Shown here in pieces: positions 1-8,500 of a DNA stretch of 33,382 nucleotides (position 1 is the stretch's first letter; each line of letters opens with the position of its first letter). The notes beneath the pieces were generated by a model. It did no database searches. It worked only from the letters and a program-made list of their open reading frames with translations, and was not told the origin of the DNA. A program made the position numbers and the translations under genes. Location: the sequence record SRR20825010_2287. The stretch is one strand, 5' to 3'.

Positions 1-28
1 GTCGGTGGTTCGAATCCACTCAGCACCA
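1..28 (+). tRNA. 3' part of a tRNA gene, truncated by the window edge; isotype not determinable (Phe-like acceptor end)
   Basis: T-arm GGTGG-TTCGAAT-CCACT, then a 7-nt acceptor strand CAGCACC and discriminator A. CCA is not encoded. The anticodon lies outside the window. Confidence 0.9.
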
Positions 29-34
29 CGTTGC

Positions 35-68
35 AAAAGCCTTCCAGAAATGGGAGGCTTTATTTTTT
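35..68 (+). terminator. Intrinsic terminator after the tRNA, possibly bidirectional and also serving rluB
   Basis: AAAAGCCTTCCA-GAAA-TGGGAGGCTTT hairpin followed by a T-run. Confidence 0.8.
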
Positions 69-148
69 GCTCTTCAGCCAAGAACTGGTTCATTTTGCTG
101 TGCATAAACAAATATATAAAATGAACTCAAAAATAGTATGCATGCATA

Positions 149-961
149 CTATTTTTTAAGCTTCATTAATTCCTTTTCAGTCATAAAGCGCCATTTACCA
201 CGTGGCAAGTCCTTTTTGGTCAACTCACCATACACTACTCGGTCTAGTTTTTCCACCTTATATCCAAGGTGTTCAAAGATTCTACGGACAATTCTGTTCT
301 TACCCATGTGAATTTCGATCCCCAAAATGGTTCCGTCTGGGCTAGTCACCGCCAAGTCATCCACTGGTGCCAAGCCGTCTTCTAAGGTTACCCCTGCTTT
401 AATTTTCTCAAAATCCTCTTCTTCAATCGGTTTATCCAAAGTGACTTGATAGATTTTTTTGACTTTATGTGAAGGGTGCGTCAGCTTCTTCGCCAAATCT
501 CCATCGTTGGTAAAGATCAACAGGCCAGTCGTGGCTCGGTCTAATCTACCCACTGGAAATATTTGTTCTTCACAAGCATTTTTAATCAAGTCCATTACAG
601 TTCTCCTTCCTTCAGGGTCACTCGTAGTACTGATAAAATCTTTGGGTTTATTGAGCACTAGGTATACTAGTTTCTCTCTCTTTAACACACTTCCTTCGTA
701 AGAAACCTTATCGGTAGGCCTTACTTTGTAACCCATTTCGGTTACTACTTCGCCATTTACTTTGATTTCTCCCGCCTCAATAAGCTTGTCAGCATCACGT
801 CTAGAACAAACGCCTGAATTAGAAATATAGCGATTAAGCCGGATTTCACTTGCGTTAGCCCTGCCCTTTTGCACGAGTTCTCGATCGTAGGTTGGTGGTG
901 TTTTTGGAGTATTTTTAACCTTATCGAAAAAAGGTTTTTTTGGTTTGAATTTCTTTGCCAT
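149..961 (-). CDS. rluB: RsuA/RluB-family rRNA pseudouridine synthase with S4 domain
   Basis: S4 motif RLNRYISNSGVCSRRDAD; LNKPKD; catalytic VGRLDRATTGLL; GKNRIVRR. Confidence 0.88.
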   Translation of the reverse strand: MAKKFKPKKPFFDKVKNTPKTPPTYDRELVQKGRANASEIRLNRYISNSGVCSRRDADKLIEAGEIKVNGEVVTEMGYKVRPTDKVSYEGSVLKREKLVYLVLNKPKDFISTTSDPEGRRTVMDLIKNACEEQIFPVGRLDRATTGLLIFTNDGDLAKKLTHPSHKVKKIYQVTLDKPIEEEDFEKIKAGVTLEDGLAPVDDLAVTSPDGTILGIEIHMGKNRIVRRIFEHLGYKVEKLDRVVYGELTKKDLPRGKWRFMTEKELMKLKK

Positions 962-991
962 AATGATGCAGTATCTCTACTGGAATATAGA

Positions 992-999
992 CAAAGGTA
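992..999 (-). promoter_or_regulatory. Bacteroidota -7 promoter box for rluB
   Basis: TACCTTTG (TAnnTTTG) on the minus strand 30 nt upstream of the ATG. Confidence 0.55.
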
Positions 1000-1011
1000 C
1001 GAAAAGCAAAT

Positions 1012-1581
1012 CTAGGAATCTCCTTCTGTGGATTGGCCTATTTCGTTTTCTTCTGTCGCGAAGTCTTTTGGAGTGGGTAAGTCTTTAAGACTATTAATAC
1101 CAAAGTGGTCCATGAATTTTTCAGAGGTTCCGTAAAGCAGCGGTCTACCTACGCTTTCGGACTTGCCTTTAATTTCGACCAGCTCTTTTTCTAATAACTT
1201 TTGAACAGCATAATCGCAGTTGACACCGCGAATTTGCTCCATTTCAGATTTGGTAACTGGTTGCTTGTATGCAATAATGGACAGGGTTTCTAAAGCGGAG
1301 GTAGAAAGTCTTTTTTTTGATTGCTGTTTGAGTAAAATACCAATACTGGCTTGGTAAGCAGGCTTGGTAAGAAAATGATACCCTCCTCCACTTTTAAGTA
1401 TAGTAAAGGGGTATTCATCACCTAAATATTTCTCCTCAATCTTATGTATAGCACCCAAAATATCTTGTTCTGGCACATCCGCCTCAAACATTTCACTCAG
1501 ACAGGATTTGAGTTCAGCTACTTTAATTGGTTTTTCAGAACAAAAAATGAGGGCTTCAATATGGTTTCCGAGAAAATCCAC
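1012..1581 (-). CDS. scpB: SMC-Scp complex subunit ScpB
   Basis: IEALIF; LSTSALETLSIIAYKQPVTKSEMEQIRGV; GRPLLYGTSEKF. GTG start overlaps the upstream TAG. Confidence 0.95.
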   Translation of the reverse strand: MDFLGNHIEALIFCSEKPIKVAELKSCLSEMFEADVPEQDILGAIHKIEEKYLGDEYPFTILKSGGGYHFLTKPAYQASIGILLKQQSKKRLSTSALETLSIIAYKQPVTKSEMEQIRGVNCDYAVQKLLEKELVEIKGKSESVGRPLLYGTSEKFMDHFGINSLKDLPTPKDFATEENEIGQSTEGDS

Positions 1582-1967
1582 TAACTCTTTTGAGCCAATT
1601 TAGCCTCAATAGAATGCATGGTGTGAGGTACTGCTTTCAACCTTTCTTTTGAAATAAGTTTACCCGTATCAATACATATTCCATAGGTGCCATTCTTAAT
1701 TCTAATCAAGGCATTCTCTAAGTTGTTAATGAATTTCTGCTGTCTGGCAGCCAACTGATTAAGGTTCTCCTTTTCTAATGTATCAGCCCCATCTTCCAAA
1801 ACTTTAGTAGAGTTGTTGGTTATATCTGTCCCTGTATCTCCTCCTTTTGAAATACTCCTTTTCAATTCATTGAATTCACTTTTAGCCTTTTCCAACTTGT
1901 CATTGATGAGCGCTTCAAATTCCTTTAATTCACTGTCAGAATATCTTGTTCTTTCTCCTTGGCTCAT
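1581..1967 (-). CDS. dksA: TraR/DksA-family transcription factor, single-Cys variant
   Basis: Coiled coil followed by ALIRIKNGTYGICIDTGKLISKERLKAVPHT. Confidence 0.88.
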   Translation of the reverse strand: MSQGERTRYSDSELKEFEALINDKLEKAKSEFNELKRSISKGGDTGTDITNNSTKVLEDGADTLEKENLNQLAARQQKFINNLENALIRIKNGTYGICIDTGKLISKERLKAVPHTMHSIEAKLAQKS

Positions 1968-2183
1968 AATTAGCTTTGTTTAAAATGTACTGCTATAAAA
2001 ATCGCACTAAAATAGCCGACCTACAAGAGAACGCAAAGGCTTTCAATTAATTTTTGAGAGGACAAAATAATGACATTAGGATTCCTAATACAAAAATTAA
2101 TAAAGAACATTCAGTACTTGGAGTACACACCCAATAAAACAAAAGTCCAATCCTATGTACCATTAATAAACTCCATCCAGGCC

Positions 2184-2222
2184 AAAACATAAAAAAGGCC
2201 CCTTGGAGCTTTTTTATGTTTT
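2184..2222. terminator. Probable bidirectional intrinsic terminator
   Basis: Perfect 14-bp inverted repeat AAAACATAAAAAAG ... CTTTTTTATGTTTT around GCCCCTTGGAG. Confidence 0.7.
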
Positions 2223-2373
2223 AGTATTGAATGTTTAGGGACTGCATTCTTTTCATTATTGAAAAGTTATCAATTTGCACCCTGTACTTCATTCTGAGGT
2301 ATCGATTAATCACTTCGATCTTTCTACCCTTTTTCAGGTTAAAATCGATTGCATTATTTATTAAACAATTCAT
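2221..2373 (-). CDS. Small basic hypothetical protein, 50 aa (not in the ORF track)
   Basis: Translated by hand: MNCLINNAIDFNLKKGRKIEVINRYLRMKYRVQIDNFSIMKRMQSLNIQY*. A-rich ATG context; the stop codon abuts a terminator. Confidence 0.65.
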   Translation of the reverse strand: MNCLINNAIDFNLKKGRKIEVINRYLRMKYRVQIDNFSIMKRMQSLNIQY

Positions 2374-2506
2374 TTAGTTGGGTATTAGATGGTTCTAGAA
2401 ATAGTCTCTCCTAATATAACAATTCCTCACGTATATTCCCTCACAGGCCGATGCAATTTCATCATAAGCAGTTAATTTTGTTTCTACTATAATAGTAAGA
2501 TCAAAA

Positions 2507-5500
2507 TCAGAAGCGAGTACCTATTGCTACCGTTTCCTTCTTGAGGGTTACTTTTCCTGAGGGTTCTATAATTTCAAACAGAATCAAATAATAACCCATG
2601 CGCGCCTTTTCTCCCGTACTTGTTGTTCCATCCCAGCGAAAAAAACCCGAGGTACCTACTATCGAATTCTGCGAAAGGTTTTTAATTAGATTACCATTTG
2701 AATCGTAAATCGAAACTGTTAATACATTCCCTGTATTATCGAATTCATAGTTAATAGTCGTAAAGCTAGCGCTTCCCACTACATCTGGGGCAAATGCTTT
2801 TGGGTCTATATTAAGAGTAGCCACACTTGTAGGCTGGCTTTGTGCCTGAGAATTTTGATAACCGGGGGTAGCGTAGCCAGACTGACTCGAAGCAGACTGC
2901 CAATTATTGGCATCATTCGATTGCCCAGAAAAACGAATTCTCTCAAGCGAAACACCGTCTACAGAATTTAAAAGGGAAGAATGGTAATCTTCATAGTATT
3001 CCACTTCATCGATCACAACAGTATTACTATTAATAAGCCGAACGATCCCTGCATCAGAAGGTAAACTTGGTAAGGTGCTCATTTCTATTATAGAGGAAAG
3101 TTGTGTCCTTGCATATTGATTTTTTAGAATATAGCCATCTGTAGTAATTATTTCATAACTCAATGGAGCAACTACTATATCTTCTGTAGAAATCACTCTG
3201 TCGTTAGTTTTACCCTCTATTCGCCAGTTTTTAAGGTTAATGTACTTGTTCGACTGATTGTAGATTTCGACAAATTTTACTCCTCCGGTTTTAGGATTGA
3301 AAAGGATTTCATTGACAATTATGTCCAGAGGTTCGGCTTGCACGGCTATCACAACAGTGGCTTGTCTAGCATTTGCCGAAATAAGATTACCACTGCAATC
3401 AGTAATATTCTCCACTGTGAGTTGGTAGACTGTATTTGATGTAAGTGAGTTAGTCAACTCTAAAGTGGCAGACTTATACCCAGGCGTAATGTTGATGTGG
3501 GAAACAGAAATCCCTCCTGATATGGAAATGTTACTCTTGTGTAAAGAAGAGTAGTCACATTTCTCATTAAACACAAGCTGAATTTGATTGGTGTTCAAAG
3601 CAACCGCTTTAATTAATTCAGGCCCAGTCAAATCTGGGTTAATTCCACTGACAGAGTTGGGCGCTCCAGGTGTCCCTCCAACCAATGCCTCCGAGGCTTT
3701 CCAATTGGGCTGCTCAACACAAGGGTAATTAATATCAATAAGCTCTAGGCTAAAACCTCCATTCGCTTTTGAAGAAGAGCGATACCAAGCGGAAGAATAA
3801 TCCACACTATGAATTATTTGATCACCCAGTTTGAGCGAAACATTATCGCCACTTATATTTAAGCTTGGCCAGCTTGCTACACCTAAAACATTACCGTAAG
3901 GTTCCAATTCGGTCTTATCGGAACTGGCTGCAAGGATTGAAAACTCAGATGGATTAAGGTTGAAGTTACCTAATTTGGTTGAGCTTGAACCATCGGAAAG
4001 AGTTAAACCTTCCAAAGAAATTATTTTAGAGGAAGCATTAAAAACCTCAAGATATTCCACTACGGGCAAGCCCTGCGAAGGACTTGGGTTGGACATAATC
4101 TCGGTGATAATAAGTTCTTGATATGACGGAACGGCTCCCAATGAAAAGTTCTTCGTTACGGTTGAAATCACATTTCCTTCGCAATCACTAAGGCCGGAAA
4201 GTGTGATTGAATACATTGCTCCTCGCTGAAAGGCTCCTAATAAGTTCACTAAAATTACTTGCCCAAAATCATCAAGAATTTCAATGCTTGAAACCTGAAG
4301 TCCGCCTGACAAATTTAGGCTAGATGTCACGATTGAAGCCGTATCCATAGCTTCGTTAAAAGTAATCTTCAGCTGCGTTTCTGATTCTACAGAAAATGAT
4401 ACTAACATTGGTTCTGTGGTGTCTGGCGTAATATCAAAAACTGAATTCTGAATACCTGGTGTTCCTCCATTTGTATCGTTTGAAGCAATCCAATTACTGC
4501 TATCGAAACAAGTAACTAATGGATTAATCAACTCCATACTATAACCGCCATCGTCCTTGGCATCGGACTGATAGTAACTGCGGTCATAAGACACTTCAAA
4601 AATCACATTTCCATCGGTATCCTTGAGTTTGGCTTCATCCTCAATGGTCAAGGTCGGGAATGAATTTACGGCCAACACATCACCATAAGCGGCCAAGGCG
4701 GTAGCGGCCGAGTTCCCTGCTAAAATCAAGTATGCATCGGGATGTATGTTCTTGTTGGTTAGTTGATAGCTTCCATCTTTATCTCCAAAAAAGAGACCTC
4801 CCAAATCAATAACCCGATCGGAGTTATTGTAAATCTCGACATACTCTACCCCTGGTAAACCTTTGCTTGGGCTAGGCGTGGCCATAATTTCTGTAATCAA
4901 AAGTTCATGAAATACTGGGCTATCGCCTTTTACGAAGGTGAAATTATTGATGGATAGGGCATTACCTGAGCAGTCTGTAATACCACTTGTAGCAAGCGAA
5001 AGCTCATAACCCTTGGCCAACTCCTTATTCAACTTCAATTGTATACTTCTGCCATAAGGGTCGAGCACAACTATAGAAATTACCGAAACACCGTTTTCCA
5101 AAGTGAAGTTGGTAGGAATCAAAGTGCCAATATCCATAGCTTCGTCAAATGTCAGTTTCAGTTCAGTAGTAGAAATCACTTCCAGTTTGTTCACAGACGG
5201 AGCCGCTACATCTGCTGAAACATTAAATACCGAATTCTCACTGGCTGGTGTTCCTCCATTCGGGGAAATGGAAGCCGCAAAATTGGTGTACTCAAAACAG
5301 GGTTTTTCAGGGTTGATTAACTCCACGGAAAAACCCCCACTGGCTTTCATTGTATCATTATAAAATGTCTGATCGTAGGCAATGGAATCTATAACTGCCT
5401 TATTTCTTCCTAGCAAGTAAACCGATTCCCCCGTGTTCGACAATGAAGGGAAGTTGCTTAGGCCAATAGCCTTTCCATAATTTAAATATTGTGTGACCGC

Positions 5501-8500
5501 ACCTTGGGTTGTCACGGCTAAATATTCACCTGGAGCTACAGTTTGTTCAGTAAACACGGCCGTATCTCGTTTGTCGGTCAGTAAGAAGTCTCGCAATTCA
5601 ATATTTTCATTCCCACGATTGTAAAGCTCTATAAACTCAGCATTAGGTAAGTTGGAGGTGACTCTTGTGTCGAAATAGATTTCATTGATTACTAAATCTC
5701 GAAAAGCTGGAGTAAAAGGGGCGGAAAAGATGAAGTCGAAAGCTGCAGCGTCAATCGCATTTCCCTGTTTGTCTTGAACCCTATCCACTGTAAGCTGATA
5801 GGCCATGGAATTGGTCAATGGTACACCAAATTTCAATAATACTTTTGTAGAAGAGTCAGCCATCAAAGTGGCAGACGTTGGATTTCCAACTCCGTTATTC
5901 AACGAATAGTGATTAATAGTCCTAGCAGTAGCTACATTCAGCGACTCGTTAAAAACCACCTCAATTTCGTTCAGGTATTTAGAATTGACTTCCAAAATCA
6001 CAGGCGGAGTGAGGTCATAGCTCAGCTTATTTCGTGAGCTATTTATCGTGAAGCCGAATAAATCCTTAATGTTCTGCACTGTGAGTTCGTAATTAAGTCC
6101 TTCCTCAAAATTAGTATTGAAAAGAAGGGTCACCACCTTAAAATCACCTGGACTTCGTACAGCAGAAATGGGGTTTCCGATGCCAGAATTCAAAACATAG
6201 TTTTGAATAGCTTCTGCTGCGGCTTCATCTAACTCCTGATCGAAAGTAAGTACCAAACTGTTCTGACTAAGGGTTTGAATGGATACAATATGAGTGCTAT
6301 AAGTAAAATCATAACTGATTACCTCAGAGGTATTGCCGTCAGCATCCAATAATTGCTGCACCACTAAACGGTATTTTAAGTCTTCCTTTAGAGGAATTGT
6401 CAGGTTCAGCGTGACTAGTGAAGCATCGGCTGGGTCTTGCACAGCCGATTTCAAGCCAAGGTCATTATCAAAGGCATAATTCCCAATATTTTCAGCGGCA
6501 GACTTATTCAAAGCTTTGGTAAACTGTATTTGAACCGTAGTGTCATTCAATACGGTAAACGCTCCTAAGATTGGTTTTAAGCTTGAAAAAGTAGCCGTTA
6601 AATCAACTGGCAACCTGTTTTTAAATACATCTGAAATGTTAGAAATACGAAGTGTGTTTTGAGGGTTATTCCCTAAAGCTGAAAAAGTAAGCTCAACAAT
6701 GTTGGTGTTCTTTTCTGTACGTACTGCAGTCAATGGGGCTCCAATTCCGTTATCAACCGAGTAATTATTGACGTTTTCAGAAACCTCTTCCACCACTTCT
6801 TCTGAAAATTCAACAAGTATTGTCGTTGGGCTAGTCAAGGTAAGTCCAACCAAACTAGGTGCTAATCGATCATAAGTAAAGTCTTCATTGCGTTGGGTTG
6901 AAATTGCGTTGCCAGATAAATCTTGTACCCCTGTGATAGATAACCGATTCTTCACTTCTTGCTGAAATTCCTGTGCAAATTGTAGTAGCACCGACTGTTT
7001 GTCCTCCTGTCGACTTACCAAGACAGGGTTGCCTATACCGTTATTTACGGTGTAATTGTTGACTGATTCAGCAGAAGTTTCATCCAGAATTTCATCAAAA
7101 TAAACCCTGAGATTACGCTCGTCAATCACCACCACAGAATCGATATCAGGGTCATCGGTATCATAAACAAAAGTAGTATTGAACAACTGAAGATAGCTGT
7201 TATTGGCGGCTTGAATCCCCTCAAAACTTATATACTGATTCTTATTTTCGTCAAAATTGGCATTGAAAACCAAATGAATAAGCCGCGGATTTGTATTGTC
7301 TAACGAAGCGGCAACGGGATTTCCAATACTGCCATCTACCCAATAGTTCGTTAACTGTTCTGCGGTTGTTTCATCGACATCTGCCTCAAAATGTACATTA
7401 AGTAGCTGGGCAGACACTACAATCACAGTGTCAATTTGATTCACGAAATCGAAAGTCAGCGAAGTGGACACAAGCATATTATCAAGTGTGTCTGCAAGAT
7501 TTTCATAAGTCAATTCATAAGTCGTAGCGGTCGACATTGAAGCTCCAAAAGTCAGTCGAACGCGGCTATCTTTATTTGCATCCACAACAGATTTGGTCGG
7601 GTTTTGAATTCCGAGGTTGATGGAGTAGTTGCTTTCCGATTCTGCCAAAGACTCGTTAAGTTTCTCATCAAAGACCATATCAATGGTAGTTGAATCTTTA
7701 AAGACCAGGCGCTGTAGGACTGGAGCCAAATTATCAAATAAAAATTCTAAGGAGTTTGTCCCTATTGCATTTCCAGCACAATCGGTTGCACCAGATAACG
7801 ACACTGTATAAATCGTTCCAGATATCATGGGAGCAGTTAAGGAAAGCACCACGGATTTATGTGTAGCTTGATTTACAGTTTCCGAAGCAATAGTACCACC
7901 GTTGCTCAATGAATATGACGCACCAGCTAGAGAGGCATCGTCCATAATTTCATCAAAAAACAGACTCAATTGACTTGGTGAATCGATCTTAACTTCTCTC
8001 AAGTTAGGTACCTTAACATCAGGGCTATTATCATAAACAGAGTTCTGAGCTGATGGCGTAGCGCCTTGAGCATTATTTGAAGCTTGCCAGTTGTTGATAT
8101 CGCTGCACACTAGTTCTGGGTTGATTTGCTCAATGGACCAGCCACCATCCGCTTTTGTATCATCTTTATACCAATCGGTACTGAAAGTGAGACTGTCTAC
8201 CAAGTTGCCCAGATTATCCTTCAACAATAGTTGTTCGCCTCCATTGGAAAGTCCATTCCATGAACTGACACCTACTACATTTCCGTAGGTTTGAAAATCT
8301 GTAACATTTGAAGTTGAGGTTAAAATGACATAGGCCTGAGGTTGTAAAACATAGCTGACAATTGTTCCCCCTGTTAAGTCAAAGCTGGCCAAATCAATGG
8401 CTTTACTTCCTGCATTATACAACTCTATGAATTCATCCGATGTACCAGAAGGTAAGGTTTGAGGATCAGGTTGGTCTGCACCCGTTGGATCTGCAAAAAT

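Noticed and set aside
1..28. tRNA 3' end as an att-site duplication
   Set aside because: It is simply cut by the window edge, is followed by a normal terminator and core genes, and I saw no second copy
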